DNA of 64,000 bases from Chrysomallon squamiferum (GCA_012295275.1 CM022677.1:21204001-21268000), one strand, 5' to 3'; positions 13,443 to 28,004 are shown, numbered from the stretch's first letter. The notes: generated by a model from the letters alone, not told the origin. Made by a program: numbers and translations.

Positions 13443-13822
13443 CTGAAATGTTTTGAAATAATCATAAAATACAAAAGATACGAAATCACTAGTATAATAA
13501 TAAACAGCAGAATAACCGAAATATTTTATTATTATTATGTAATCTATCTGTATAATCTATCTATCTATCTGTCTATGTGTCTATCTATATATCTATCTAT
13601 GTTATTTATTAGTACTTTTATGTTATCTGTAAATAAATTTGTATTAATATTTTGCATAATATTTATAAGACTTACACATTATAATGACACACCAGCAATC
13701 AAAAAATATTTCACTTTCTGCTTCGCCGTAGAATATTGATCCTTCTACACATAATCAAAACTTTTTATTTAATTTATATATTTATTTATATATTTTTTAT
13801 TTTTCTCACAGTTTCGTCCTAC

Positions 13823-14020
13823 CTGGAATATTGATGCTGCACGCTCCACTGTCGCATCTGACTAGTTTCTCCTGAAACTTCACGTGCCCCGGACACGTGG
13901 AATTTCTCGTGTCGCCGGGAATCGCCGAGACGCACCGTCGCGTGAACTGTTTCTTCTGCTGACATTTGACGGAGCACGCCTTAGTCGACGACAGCACCCA
14001 CGTCGTCCAGCGACCCGCCA
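13823..14020 (-). CDS. TSP1-like exon type B copy 2
   Basis: 198 nt, same boundaries as copy 1. Confidence 0.85.
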
Positions 14021-14806
14021 CTGATAAAGACAACGACGAGAACACAGTAGTAGTAATAAAGCCAAAGATAACTGCTGAAGTGTGAATCTGTGTCTATTTG
14101 TCTGTCTATATATCTGTATTTGTACCCCTGTCTGTATTTATGCATGTCTTCTGTGTGAGTGTGTCTCTATGGTGTGTATTTATATGTGTGCTATGTGTAT
14201 ATCTGTGTGTATTGTGAGAATGTCTGCCTCTATATGTCTACATTATATGTCAGTGTTTTGGGGTACATTGTTTGTATGTCTACATCTGTAATTTTACATG
14301 TCTGTCAACCTATGTGTGTATGTGTGTTGTGTACCTCTTTCTATATCTCACTCTCTTTCTCTCCGTGCGCAGTGCATGTTTGTGTTAGTTGTCTCTGTCT
14401 GTATTGTCTATATATCTATATATGTATATCTGCATACTGCATATAGCTGTCAATTTCTCTGTTTTCATTGTGTCTATGCTGATTTCACTGTTTAAATCTC
14501 TCTCTCTCTCTATCTCTCTCTCTCTGTATATATATATATATATATAGATGTATATGTCTGGCAGTTTAATAGAAGCTTTTTAACTCATCGAAAGAAGACA
14601 GCAAGGCAAAAATAAACAAATATAAATGAATCGAGTTTTCATCAAGAAACTAAAAACAAAAGGATCACTGTCATAAAATTACATTTAAAAAATAAAAAAT
14701 AAAAATGTACTGTCTATTATTTTGTCAAAAACAAAGAAAACCACGTTGTAACTGTAACGGTAGTTATATAAAATAAAACAGATATAAATATTTAACATGC
14801 TGTTAC

Positions 14807-14986
14807 CATGGCAATCGCCTCCTGCGCACTGCTCGAATACAGTTTTGTTGGTTGGGCCACTACACTGACTACCTCCATTTCTTGGAACTGGGTTCGTACA
14901 AGATCTCTGATAGAGCACATGTATTCTGCAGTTCAGTGGACACGTGCCAGGGTCGTAACGGTACCAAGATTGCCACCCCCCATCAA
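14807..14986 (-). CDS. TSP1 exon type C copy 2
   Basis: 180 nt, cccag/gtaac. Confidence 0.9.
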
Positions 14987-15068
14987 CTGGGAAAAAGAAA
15001 AGAAAAAAAGGAAGAGAAAACGAAAAATAAATTTAGATAATTACCAACAATTAATTATCAACTGAAAA

Positions 15069-15100
<32 letters not shown>

Positions 15101-15396
15101 CATATAACAAATATAACATTAATAATGATGATGATGATAATGATGATAATAATAATGAAGTAATAATAATAATAAAATAAATTAATAAATAAATAAAATA
15201 CTGTACGAATTTGAGTGTAACCATTCGTTCCTTTACACGTTGATACATTCGTTCGTTCATTAGTTTGTTCACCTACTAGCTGTTTCTCTGCTTCATTCAT
15301 TCATTCCATTATTTTCTCTTTAATATTTCCCTCCTCCCTTCCTTCCTTCCTTCATTCGTTCATTCCTTCTTTCACTCTTACGCTAAGTTTACCTAC

Positions 15397-15555
15397 CCAT
15401 CTCACAGGACACACACTTGACGTTTGTCGTCATCGTTTTCTTCCCTCTACACGTTTCACCTTCTAAACACGCACGTGAAAACCTCATGCGCTTATAGCAA
15501 TCTCCAGCACACTCACCTACCAGCTGTCTGGACCACAACGACCATCTCCCTGTCA
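15397..15555 (-). CDS. TSP1-like exon type D copy 2 (VTGRWSLWS...CAGDC...SRACLEGETC...CVSC)
   Basis: 159 nt, ttacag/gtagg, WxxW, 6 Cys. Confidence 0.85.
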
Positions 15556-15668
15556 CTGTAACAGCAAACACAACGTTTTCTTCTTGTTCTTATTATTATT
15601 ATAATTATCATCATTTTTTTTTTTTTTTTTTTGATATTACTAACACACATTTTCTATATAGAAGGTAA

Positions 15669-15774
<106 letters not shown>

Positions 15775-16008
15775 GTAATAAGAAACAAGAAAACCATACA
15801 TATATACGTACAATCATACTCAAATACATCAAACTCCACACACATAGAGATACAAGTACATTCATATCTTTATACACATGTCTTTTATACAGATACATTT
15901 CTATATTTTCTTTAATAACATAATTGATACATACGTACTACTTATTCACACACACACATCCACATACAGATACATATATACATACACACATTTATGAGAA
16001 ATACTCAC

Positions 16009-17417
16009 GCGTGCACTTGTGTAGTAATTTTAATGTGTTCATTGTTTTTCTTTCCATTAAATTCAGTTTTCCCTGGGCCGCGAGGCACTCTCCCTCGAGA
16101 CTGTTCTCATCGAGGATTTTAAGAATTGTGTACACGCTGCAGCTGCACCTCAGATCTGTGTCTCGCACGTTGATCTTTCTAAACTTCTCTTTCTCGTTCT
16201 GCAGCACGAAGTCTATGTTTTGTATTTTGGTTCTGTCCAGCGTAACGGTGAGGCCCCGACCCATGTTTCTGAACACACCGGGGCTGATCGTGATCAGAGG
16301 ATTTCCGTACAAGTCCAAAACGACGAGAGGGAGCTCTTCGAAAGCGTTGTCAGAATGCTAGCGATTCGGTTGTCTCTCAGGAACAGTGCAGAGAGCGTAG
16401 CCAGACCTCGCAGGGCGTTGCTGGGAACCTCTGTCAGGTGTCTCCTGTTGATGACGAGTTTTGTGATGCACAGTCTCTGAGCGCTGAAGATTCCTTCCAA
16501 CAGTGGTAGGCGCGTGCCGCTGACGTCGAGCTCTCGGAGACAGAATTCGCCCAGCAGCGAGTCGGTGCTGAAAACCGAGAGCTCGTTGTCCGCGAGATCG
16601 AGTTTGGCCAGTCTCTTCAGTCTGAGCACGGAGCGAGGCAGATCGTCCAGACTGCAGTTCCTCATTCTCAGTTCTTTCAGCGTGGAGCTGACGTCAACGA
16701 AACACTTCCGGTCTACGGACTCTGTTCTCAGCGGGTTGTGACTCAGTATCAGAACTTGTAGCGCGCGGAGGTCGTGGAAGGCATTGTGTTTTATGCTGGC
16801 GATGTCGTTGTGGGACAAGTCGAGTATTCGCAGTTTGGGTACATCGTCGAATACGCGTATCATGTCTGACAGGCCGTTGTAGCTTAGATTCAACGACCTG
16901 AGAGAGTCCAAATGTTTAAAAGCGTGATCCCGTATGTAGCCCAGATTACAGTGATCCATTTCTACGTTTTCGATAGACAGAAGCTGCAGATTGGCGAAAA
17001 TCCTGTTATCTACTTTTCCAGTATGTTGGAAATTATGGCTCATTTTAAGGTATTTCAGTGCTGTGAGGCCGTGCAAAAATTTCAACGGTTTCTTAAATGA
17101 CAGACTCAAGTTTTCTAGATAGAGATCTCGCAACGTCCACGCTATGTTGATGAGAACACCTTCTGACAAATACACATTCGACTCGCTTCGTAGACGTAAA
17201 CTGTAAATCGCCAAATCTTTCGGAAAATCGGAGACCGCAAGATTCCTCCATGGATTCAGATGAAAGTCCAGTCGAATGAGTTCTTTCACTGGTCTCAGAA
17301 AGTGTATATTTGGAAAATAACCCTCTTTCTTTCTGCACTTGACGTCATAAATTCTTCCTGCAGTGTCTGAGAACATTATTTCACACTGGCACTCTTCTGG
17401 GCAGGCAAGAAATTGAG
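16009..17417 (-). CDS. Large LRR exon copy 2; 1-nt deletion near 16353
   Basis: 1409 nt; split across ORFs 16294..17505 and 15992..16318; gtcag-aat versus gtcaggaat in copy 1. Confidence 0.85.
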
Positions 17418-17904
17418 CTGCTCCACAGACAAGAATAATTGATAAAAATTTAAAAAAATAAATAAATAAAACAAGAAAGAAAAGAATAAAAGAAGATTTT
17501 TTCAATTGTGGTCATTAACATAATACAGTAAGCACTTGTTTCTTTCGACAAGTTAACCTAGTCATAGAAAGGAAATAAACGTTATGTTATGTGATGCTTA
17601 TTTAATGTTGTTGTTGTTGTTGTTGTACTTGTTGTTTTTGTTATGATTAGTATGTTTATTTCTTGATTCATTCATTCATTTATCTTCGGATTTATCTTTT
17701 CTCTTTTGTTGTTGTTTATTTTCTTTCTTTATTTAATTTTTTGAAATTATTTTTATTAATATATTTAATTATTTTTTATTATTTTATTTTATTTTATTTT
17801 TTTTTATTTTATTTATTTATTTATTTTGTATTTATTTATTTATTTACTCCTAACTAATACAAATTAATATCAAATCAAACTTTAAATAAAAGTGTTGATG
17901 TTAC

Positions 17905-17952
17905 CAGGAGTTCCAGATGGCCTTGCAGTCATTCTTGTTGTAGATTCCTCTT
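17905..17952 (-). CDS. Linker microexon M
   Basis: 48 nt, ctacag/gtaac. Confidence 0.75.
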
Positions 17953-18449
17953 CTGTAGAGAAAAAAATAAAGAAGAAATAAATAAATGGAAGAAAACTAA
18001 CTAAATAAATAAATAAATAAATTCAGTGGACAAGACCCAAATTGGACAAGATTGTTTATGTATTAACTGTCATTTGGTTTGTATTTTCTGGTGTAAAATC
18101 AATACTGAATATGACAAATATAACAGATCGATAATGAACTGGATACGAGGATTTTCAGGTATGAATTTTCATTGAAAAGCTTTACAGAAAATGAAAACGA
18201 ATCTATTGTACTGAAAAGCTTTACAGAAAATGAAAACGAATCCATCTGAACTTAGTTTTATTTAGCTAAAACAAACCACAACATTATTTTGAAAAGAAAG
18301 AATAAAATTATTTTTATTTATTTTTAGTAATAATTTTAATTATTTTATTTTATTTTATTTTATTTTATTTTATATATTTATTTTTTATTTACTACTGACT
18401 TTTAGAAGTTAATATTAAATCAAACTTTAAATAAAACTGTTGATGTTAC

Positions 18450-18497
18450 CAGGAATTCCAGATGGCCTTGTAGTCATTCTTGTTGTAGATTCCTCTT
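18450..18497 (-). CDS. Linker microexon M
   Basis: 48 nt, ctacag/gtaac. Confidence 0.75.
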
Positions 18498-19378
18498 CTG
18501 TAGAGAAAAAAAGACAGAAGAAAAAACAAAAATAAATGAAAGAAAAATAAATAAATAAATTAATTAATTAATTAATTAAGTGTACTAGACATAAACAAGA
18601 CAAAATTGTTTATGTAAAAACTGTAATTTGGTTTGTATTTTCTGGAGTAAAATCAGTACTGAATATTGAAAAATATAACAGATGGATAATGAACTGGATA
18701 CAAGGAATTTCAGGTCTGAATTGTCATGGATGCAATTTGTTCTTAAAAATACTAAAATATACTCAATAATAAAATTAAGACCAATCCATCTAAACATAGT
18801 TTTATTTAGCTAAAACAAACCACAACATTATTTTGAAAAGAAAGAACAAAAATTCTCTGAATACTTGTGCACGACAAACTTTTTTATAAGAAACACTGGT
18901 GGCCAAGACGCAAACGCTCCGACAATAAAAAAGATAATAATAATAATAATTGTAATAGTAAAAAGACAATTAGATGCAAAGATATACGACGATAGATGGA
19001 TAGTAGATGGAAAGAGAGAAAAAGACAATTAGATGAGAAAGATAGAGAGACGATAGATGGATAGTAGATGGAGAGAAAGAGAGATTACAATTGACCACAA
19101 AGACCAACTGCAGTCCACTGAGAAAAGAAAGTCTCTAGAATTAGTTCTTGTAGAAAATCTCTAGTCACGTGATTCACTGCAACTACGTAGGTCACGTAAA
19201 TTGCGGTCGATTTCGTGACTTACCAGACAAACCTGAAAACATTTTTATTTTATTTTTTTTTTTTTTTTTTTTTTTTGTCAAAACAAATGAAACAGAATAA
19301 AGGCCAAACAGATACAGTTCACGAAATAAAATAAAATAAATGAACTGAAATAACAAGTGAAAACGTCGATGTACTTAC

Positions 19379-19423
19379 TAGGTGCGTGATCTCTTCGTCT
19401 GTCTGTCACTTGAGGTCTGTCTT
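19379..19423 (-). CDS. Basic linker microexon K (EDRPQVTDRRRDHAP)
   Basis: 45 nt, aag acceptor, consensus gtaagt donor. Confidence 0.5.
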
Positions 19424-19524
19424 CTTTGTTGGCGAAAATGTAAAATAAAATCAAGTGAAGAAAAGAAGACAAAAGAGTAAGAAGTCTTAACGTCAGCAGC
19501 TGATTCAAATAAAAACAAAACAAA

Positions 19525-19555
<31 letters not shown>

Positions 19556-19950
19556 AAAAAATTGTAGTTTTCATATCCGAAGGTCACTCTTGTTATAATT
19601 ACTATGTTTGTGTTTTCATCTATGTGCTGATTTAGCATCATTTATTTTTTTTCTTCTGTTTTTTCTTCTTCTTCTTCTTAATCTTGTTTTCTTTTTTCTT
19701 TTTTCTTTTTTTTTCTTTTTTTAATGTAATTGCTTATTTTTTAACTTACTTTATTTTATTTATTTATTTATTTATTTATTCATTTATTCATTTATTCATT
19801 CATTTATTTATTAATATTTATTTGTTTTATTTTTTTATTTTTTATTCATTCATTAATGCATTTATTTATTTATTTACTTATGTATTTATTTACTACAGAC
19901 TTATAGAATTTAATATTAAATCAAACTTTAAATAAAGCTGTTGATCTTAC

Positions 19951-19998
19951 CATGAGTTTCAGAAGGCCTTATAGCCATTCTTGTTGTTGATTCCTCTT
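19951..19998 (-). CDS. Linker microexon M (EEESTTRMAIRPSETH)
   Basis: 48 nt, cctgtag/gtaag. Confidence 0.75.
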
Positions 19999-20261
19999 CT
20001 ACAGGAAAAAATAAAAAAATAAAAAATAATAATGAAAGAAAAAGAACATTAAGTAAATAAATATATTCAGTGGGTCAACATAAACTGGACAGCATTGTTG
20101 TTCACGTGTAAACTGTTATTTGATTTATGTTTTCTCAAGCCTAACCAGTTCACAGTGTGATCTCTAACAGTTCCAGACTGAACTGGATACAACGTGTACT
20201 GGGTGAGACTGTTCTTGGATATCATTTGTACCGGATAAATAAATAAATAAATAAATATATA

Positions 20262-20309
<48 letters not shown>

Positions 20310-20526
20310 AATGCATGACATTTGATGCTAAACTTATACAAATGGCATAATTTCAAAGCTATTAGTAACATGTAACAACAACACCAATAAGAACATAAAG
20401 AAATGAAGATTATAATAATATATACCCATTAATTACAAAAACAAATATCATGTTGTCGTTATTTATATATTTCAAACATTTAAGGCTGAAATGTTAATGG
20501 CCACCTTGAATGAATTATGCATGTAT

Positions 20527-20565
<39 letters not shown>

Positions 20566-20701
20566 TTCAGACAGTTAACTATAAATTATGTTTATGAAAC
20601 TGTGATATAAGTAAGTAAAAACATCTAACTCTAGTGGTTGCCATTTCTGTTGTGTATTGTTCTGTAAAAAATAAAGTAAAATAATTAAAAGAGGTATTAA
20701 T

Positions 20702-20805
<104 letters not shown>

Positions 20806-20807
20806 AC

Positions 20808-20999
20808 CTGGACAGGGAACTCTTGTACTACATGTTTCTGTTATTCGGACACTCCTGTCTCCTTCGCACATTCTTCCTCCGTACTTTGGCGCGGGGTTTT
20901 CACATTTTCTTTTTCTAAAGTACGCTTTTACACCCAAACCGCACGTGCGACTGCACGATGTTTCTTTAATCAGTTCCCAGGAAGTCCACCCACCGTCCT
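20808..20999 (-). CDS. TSP1 exon type A copy 3
   Basis: 192 nt, conserved boundaries. Confidence 0.9.
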
Positions 21000-21378
21000 C
21001 TGAAATGTTTTGAAATAATCATAAAATACAAAAGATACGAAATCACTAGTATAATAATAAACAGCAGAATAACCGAAATATTTTATTATTATTATTTAAT
21101 CTATCTGCATAACCCATCTATCTATCTGTCTATGTGTCTATCTATATATCTATCTATGTTATTTATTAGTACTTTTATGTTATTTGTAAATAAATTTCTC
21201 TTAATGTTTTGCATAATATTTATAAGACTTACACATTATAATGACACACCAGCAATCAAAAATATTTCACTTTCTGCTCCTCCGTAGAATATTGATCCTT
21301 CTACACATAATCAAAACTTTTTATTTAATTTATATATTTATTTATATATTTTTTATTTTTCTCACAGTTTCGTCCTAC

Positions 21379-21576
21379 CTGGAATATTGATGCTGCACGC
21401 TCCACTGTCGCATCTGACTAGTTTCTCCTGAAACTTCACGTGCCCAGGACACGTGGAATTTCTCGTGTCGCCTGGAATCGCCGAGACGCACCGTCGCGTG
21501 AACTGTTTCTTCTGCTGACATTTGACGGAGCACGCCTTAGTCGACGACAGCACCCACGTCGTCCAGCGACCCGCCA
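21379..21576 (-). CDS. TSP1-like exon type B copy 3
   Basis: 198 nt, conserved boundaries. Confidence 0.85.
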
Positions 21577-22016
21577 CTGATAAACACAACGACGACGACA
21601 ACACAGTAATAGTAATAAAGCCAAAGATAACTGCTGAAGTGTGAATCTGTGTCTATTTGTCTGTCTATATATCTGAATTTGTGCCCCTGTCTGTATTTAT
21701 GCATGTCTTCTGTGTGAGTGTGTCTCTATGGTGTGTATTTATAAGTGTGCTATGTGTATCTCTGTGTGTATTGTCAGAATGTCTGCCTTTATATGTCTAC
21801 ATTACGTCAGTCTTTTTGTGTACATTATTTGTATGTCTACATCTGTATATTTACATGTCTGTCAGCCTCTCTGTGTATCTGTGTCTCCGTATGTTTACAT
21901 GTCAGTGTTAGTTGTCTCTGTCTGTATTGTCTATATATCTATATATGTATATCCGCATACTGCATATATCAGGCAATTTTTCTGTTTTCATAGTCTCTAT
22001 GTTCATTTCACTCATT

Positions 22017-22060
<44 letters not shown>

Positions 22061-22319
22061 GTCTCTCTGTCTTGCTGTTTAACAGAAGGTTCTTACTCAT
22101 AGAAAGAAGACAGAAAGGCAAAATTAAACAAAAATAAATCAATCGAGTTTTCATGAAGAAACTAAAAACAAAAGGATTACTGTCATAAAATTACATTTAA
22201 AAATAAATTAAATTAAAATGTACTGTCTATTATTTTGTCGAAAACAAAGATCACCACGGTGTAACTGTAACGGTAGTCATATGAAATAAAACATATATAA
22301 ATATTTAACATGCTGTTAC

Positions 22320-22499
22320 CATGGCAATCGCCTCCTGCGCACTGCTCGAATACAGTTTTGTTGGTTGGGCCACTACACTGATTACCTCCATTTCTTGGAA
22401 CTGGGTTCGTACAAGATCTCTGATAGAGCACATGTATTCTGCAGTTCAGTGGACACGTGCCAGGGTCGTAACGGTACCAAGATTGCCACCCCCCATCCA
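22320..22499 (-). CDS. TSP1 exon type C copy 3
   Basis: 180 nt, conserved boundaries. Confidence 0.9.
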
Positions 22500-22589
22500 C
22501 TGGGAAAAAGAAAATAAAAAAAGGAAAAGAAAACGAAAAATAAATTTAGATAATTACCGACAATTAATTATCAACTGAAAATAAATATA

Positions 22590-22652
<63 letters not shown>

Positions 22653-22969
22653 ATTAATAAATAATCATATCACAAATATAACATTAATAATGATGATGAT
22701 GATGATGATGATAATAAAAATGAAGTTATAATAATAATAAAATAAATTAATAAATAAATAAATAAATAAAATACTGTACGAATTTGAGTGTAACCATTCG
22801 TTCCTTTACACGTTGATACATTCGTTCGTTCATTAGTTTGTTCACCTACTAGCTGTTTTTCTGCTTCATTCATTCATTCCATTATTTTCTCTTTAATATT
22901 TCCCTCCTCCCTTCCTTCCTTCCTTCATTCGTTCATTCCTTCTTTCACTCTTACGCTAAGTGTACCTAC

Positions 22970-23128
22970 CCATCTCACAGGACACACACTTGACGTTTGT
23001 CGTCATCGTTTTCTTCCCTCTACACGTTTCACCTTCTAAACACGCACGTGAAAACCTCATGCGCTTATAGCAATCTCCAGCACACTCACCTACCAGCTGT
23101 CTGGACCACAACGACCATCTCCCTGTCA
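22970..23128 (-). CDS. TSP1-like exon type D copy 3
   Basis: 159 nt, conserved boundaries. Confidence 0.85.
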
Positions 23129-23234
23129 CTGTAACAGCAAACACAACGTTTTCTTCTTCTTGTTATTATTATTATAATTATCATCATTTTTTTTTTTTTT
23201 TATTACTAACACACATTTTCTATATAGAAGGTAA

Positions 23235-23334
<100 letters not shown>

Positions 23335-23567
23335 GTAATAAGAAACAAGAAAACCATACATATATACGTACAATCATACTCAAATACATCAAACTCCACA
23401 CACATAGAGATACAAGTACATTCATATCTTTATACACATGTATTTATACAGATACATTTATATATTTTCTTTAATAACATAATTGATACATACGTACTAC
23501 TTATTCACACACACACATGCACATACAGATACATATACACATACACACATTTATGAGAAATACTCAC

Positions 23568-24977
23568 GCGTGCACTTGTGTAGTAATTTTAATGTGTTCA
23601 TTGTTTTTCTTTCCATTAAATTCAGTTTTCCCTGGGCCGCGAGGCACTCTCCCTCGAGACTGTTCTCATCGAGGATTTTAAGAATTGTGTACACGCTGCA
23701 GCTGCACCTCAGATCTGTGTCTCGCACGTTGATCTTTCTAAACTTCTCTTTCTCGTTCTGCAGCACGAAGTCTATGTTTTGTATTTTGGTTCTGTCCAGC
23801 GTAACGGTGAGGCCCCGACCCATGTTTCTGAACACACCGGGGCTGATCGTGATCAGAGGATTTCCGTACAAGTCCAAAACGACGAGAGGGAGCTCTTCGA
23901 AAGCGCTGGCACGAATCCTCGCGATTTGGTTGTCTCTCAGGAACAGTGCAGAGAGCGTAGCCAGACCTCGCAGGGCGTTGCTGGGAACCTCTGTCAGGTG
24001 TCTCCTGTTGATGACGAGTTTTGTGAGGCACAGTCTCTGAGCGCTGAAGATTCCTTCCACCAGTGGTAGGCGCGTGCCGCTGACGTCGAGCTCTCGGAGA
24101 CAGAATTCGCCCAGCAGCGAGTCGGTGCTGAAAACCGAGAGCTCGTTGTCCGCGAGATCGAGTTTGGCCAGTCTCTTCAGTCTGAGCACGGAGCGAGGCA
24201 GATCGTCCAGACTGCAGTTCCTCATTCTCAGTTCTTTCAGCGTGGAGCTGACGTCAACGAAACACTTCCGGTCTACGGACTCTGTTCTCAGCGGGTTGTG
24301 ACTCAGTATCAGAACTTGTAGCGCGCGGAGGTCGTGGAAGGCATTGTGTTTTATGCTGGAGATGTCGTTGTGGGATAAGTCGAGTACTCGCAGTTTGGGA
24401 ACGTCGTCGAATACGCGTATCATGTCTGACAGGCCGTTGTAGCTTAGATTCAACGACCTGAGAGAGTCCAAATGTTTAAAAGCGTGATCCCGTATGTAGC
24501 CCAGATTACAGTGATCCATTTCTACGTTTTCGATAGACAGAAGCTGCAGATTGGCGAAAATCCTGTTATTTACTTTTCCAGTATGTTGGAAATTGTGGCT
24601 CATTTTAAGGTATTTCAGTGCTGTGAGGCCGTGCAAAAATTTCAACGGTTTCTTAAATGACAGACTCAAGTTTTCAAGATAGAGATCTCGCAACGTCCAC
24701 GCTATGTTGATGAGAACACCTTCTGACAAAAACACATTCGACTCGCTTCGTAGACGTAAACTGTAAATCGCCAAATCTTTCGGAAAATCGGAGACCGCAA
24801 GATTCCTCCATGGATTCAGATGAAAGTCCAGTCGAATGAGTTCTTTCACTGGTCTCAGAAAGTGTATATTTGGAAAATAACCCTCTTTCTTTCTGCACTT
24901 GACGTCATAAATTCTTCCTGCAGTGTCTGAGAACATTATTTCACACTGGCACTCTTCTGGGCAGGCAAGAAATTGAT
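23568..24977 (-). CDS. Large LRR exon copy 3 (intact, 470 codons)
   Basis: 1410 nt open frame (ORF 23551..24936), gagcag/gtgag, LRRNT-LRRs-LRRCT. Confidence 0.92.
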
Positions 24978-25470
24978 CTGCTCCACAGACAAGAATAGTC
25001 GATAAAAATTTTAAAAAATAAATAGATAAAACAAGAATGAAAAGAATAAAAGAAGATTTTTTAAATTGTGGTCATTAACATAATACAGTAAGCACTTGTT
25101 TCTTTCGACAAGTTAACCTAGTCATAGAAAGGAAATAAACGTTATGTTATGTGATGCTTATTTGATGTTGTTGTTGTTGTTGTTGTTGTACTTGTTGTTT
25201 TTGTTATGATTAGTATGTTTATTTCTTGATTCATTCATTCATTTATCTTCGGATTTATGATTTCTCTTTTGTCGTTGTTTATTTTCTTTCTTTATTTAAT
25301 TTTTTGAAATTATTTTTATTAATATATTTAATTATTTTTTATTATTTTTTTTTATTTATATTTTTGTTTTTATTTATTTATTTATTTATGTATTTATTTA
25401 TTTATTTATTTACTACTAACTAATACAAGTTAATATTAAATCAAACTTTAAATAAAAGTGTTGATGTTAC

Positions 25471-25518
25471 CAGGAGTTCCAGACGGCCTTGCAGTCATTC
25501 TTGTTGAAGATTCCTCTT
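25471..25518 (-). CDS. Linker microexon M (EEESSTRMTARPSGTP)
   Basis: 48 nt, ctacag/gtaac. Confidence 0.75.
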
Positions 25519-25725
25519 CTGTAGAGAAAAAAATAAAGAAGAAATAAATAAATGGAAGAAAACTAACTAAATAAATAAATAAATAAATTCAGTGGATAAA
25601 ACCCAAATTGGACAAGATTGTTTATGTATTAACTGTCATTTGGTTTGTATTTTCTGTTGTAAATTTTTTGAAATTATTTTTATTAATATATTTAATTATT
25701 TTTTATTATTTTATTTTATTTTATT

Positions 25726-25798
<73 letters not shown>

Positions 25799-25860
25799 TT
25801 TCCTATTAACTTATAGAAGTTAATATTAAATCAAACTTTAAATAAAACTGTTGATGTTAC

Positions 25861-25908
25861 CAGGAATTCCAGACGGCCTTGTAGTCATTCTTGTTGTAGA
25901 TTCCTCTT
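25861..25908 (-). CDS. Linker microexon M (EEESTTRMTTRPSGIP)
   Basis: 48 nt, ctacag/gtaac. Confidence 0.75.
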
Positions 25909-25970
25909 CTGTAGAGAAAAAAATAAAGAAGAAAAAAAGTAAATGAAGGAAAACTAAATAAATAAATAAA

Positions 25971-26160
25971 TCGGAGACCACAAGGTTCCTCCCTGGATTC
26001 AGATGAAAGTCCAGTCGAATGAGTTCTTTCATTGGTCTTAGAAAGTGTATATTTGGAAAGTAACCCTCTTTCTTTCCGCACTTGACGTCTTAAATTCTTC
26101 CTGCAGTGTCTGAGAACATTATTTTACACTGGCACTGTTCTGGGCAGGCAAGAACTTGAT
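25971..26160 (-). pseudogene. Truncated LRR exon (N-cap only) with in-frame TAA at 26090-26092
   Basis: Matches the first ~190 nt of the LRR exon, then jumps into microexon intron sequence. Confidence 0.8.
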
Positions 26161-26596
26161 CTTCTCCACAGACAAGAATCGCAGAAAATAACAGTAAAAT
26201 AAAAACATTCGTCATTCCGCGGTCAACATATAAAATAAACAAACAAACAAATATACAGACAAACAATGACGTAGAGAAGTCATTTATGAATCACACTTTT
26301 GTATATTTTTCTGCTCGAATTCATCATAACCACAACACGTGTCTGTGTGCGTGTGTCTACAGACAGAGAGAGAGAGAGACAGATAGATAGAGAGACAGAC
26401 AGACTGACAGACAGATATATAGATATATAGAAAGATAGATAGACAGGTAGATAGATAGATAGATAGATAGAGAGATGGATAGATAGACAGATATAAAGAT
26501 AGATAGATAGATAGATAGATAGACAGATAGATATATTGATAGACAGACAGACAGATAGATAGATAAAAAGACAGACAGACAGACAGACAGACAGTC

Positions 26597-26663
<67 letters not shown>

Positions 26664-26823
26664 CAGATAGGTACATAGATACACTCCATATAAGCTTAAT
26701 AAAGATAAGAGAGAAAATATTTAGAAATATAAAGAGAAAAATGTATTTATTTACTTATTTATTTATCAACTATTTATGACCTATGGAAGTGTACAGTGAA
26801 TGAAATAAAAGTTAAAATATTAC

Positions 26824-26871
26824 CAGGAGTGTCAGTTGACACTGTGCTCTTTTCTGCTGCAGTTTCTTCTT
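26824..26871 (-). CDS. Linker microexon H (EEETAAEKSTVSTDTP)
   Basis: 48 nt, ttctgcag/gtaat. Confidence 0.75.
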
Positions 26872-27600
26872 CTGCAGAACAAAAAAAAAAAATAATAATA
26901 ATAATAATAATAAATAAACATATAAATAAATAAACAACCAAATAAATAAACAAACAAACAAACAAAGACCTAAACAAAAACGAAAGTATCTTTAAACGCA
27001 GTATTTACGGTTTCCATTACTACTTGGTAATCGAAGTTGGCTCGGCGTTTTCTCAGATTAACTGTATCACAGAAAAGTGTTACACTGGACACAACTTATG
27101 CAACTTAAGAGATGCATTTCATAAAATCAAGCTGTCTTGTACTGAAACTTTACTCGTTCCAGCTTCCATCCAACACGACCTGATCTGGACGCGATTGTTG
27201 TTTGGCACGCTGAAAATTGTTGAAGTTTTCTTGTACTGACCACGAAATGTAACAGATCTAGCATGAACTGAATACAAGCTTCTTGGGATATGAAGAGTCC
27301 TGAACACTGGAGTTCTTCATACCATTGCCCTTTGATTTAATATTTTATTTTGCATAATGTCAGTCACAAGAGTCTAAATTTTCGTATTACATGTAAGTAT
27401 ACAAGACCTGAGGTTCTAAATGGTATCCACGAAATTAAATATCTCATAGATAACTCAAGAAAGATACGACAGCAAAGACTCACAGAGGGATGGATAGATT
27501 TTATATAGGCAGAGTGCTAGAGGTAGAGCTACAGACAGCCAGACAGAGAGAGAGAGACATACAGATTTCACTTATAGAAATATCTGACCAGGTTTTGTAC

Positions 27601-27792
27601 CTGGACATCTCGCCAGGTCGGCACAGTACACAGTGATGTACGTCGTGTTTTCACCAACACAGAACTTTCCTCCATACTGAGGCATTGGATTTGAACAAAA
27701 TCGATTTTTCACTATGTTTTTGATTCCCCTGCCACACGTAACACTACAAGGTCTTGTCGTGTCTATTCTCCACACAGACCAACCACCATCCA
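27601..27792 (-). CDS. TSP1 exon type I copy 1 (VDGGWSVW...CSVTCGRG...CSNPMPQYGGKFC...CP)
   Basis: 192 nt, tctcag/gtaca; alternative donor would extend the exon to 27589. Confidence 0.9.
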
Positions 27793-28004
27793 CTGAGAAA
27801 AGATAATTTCTACAATTAGTTCTTCAGGAAAATCGCTGTTCTTACGTCATATGATATATACAGTCGAATTACTGACCTACCAGGAACACGAACACATATA
27901 TAAAAACAAGTGAAATAAGATAAAGGGCACACACATACAATTCACCAAATAAATAAAATAAAGGAACAAATATTATCAAGTGAAGAAACGTCAGATGTTC
28001 ATAC

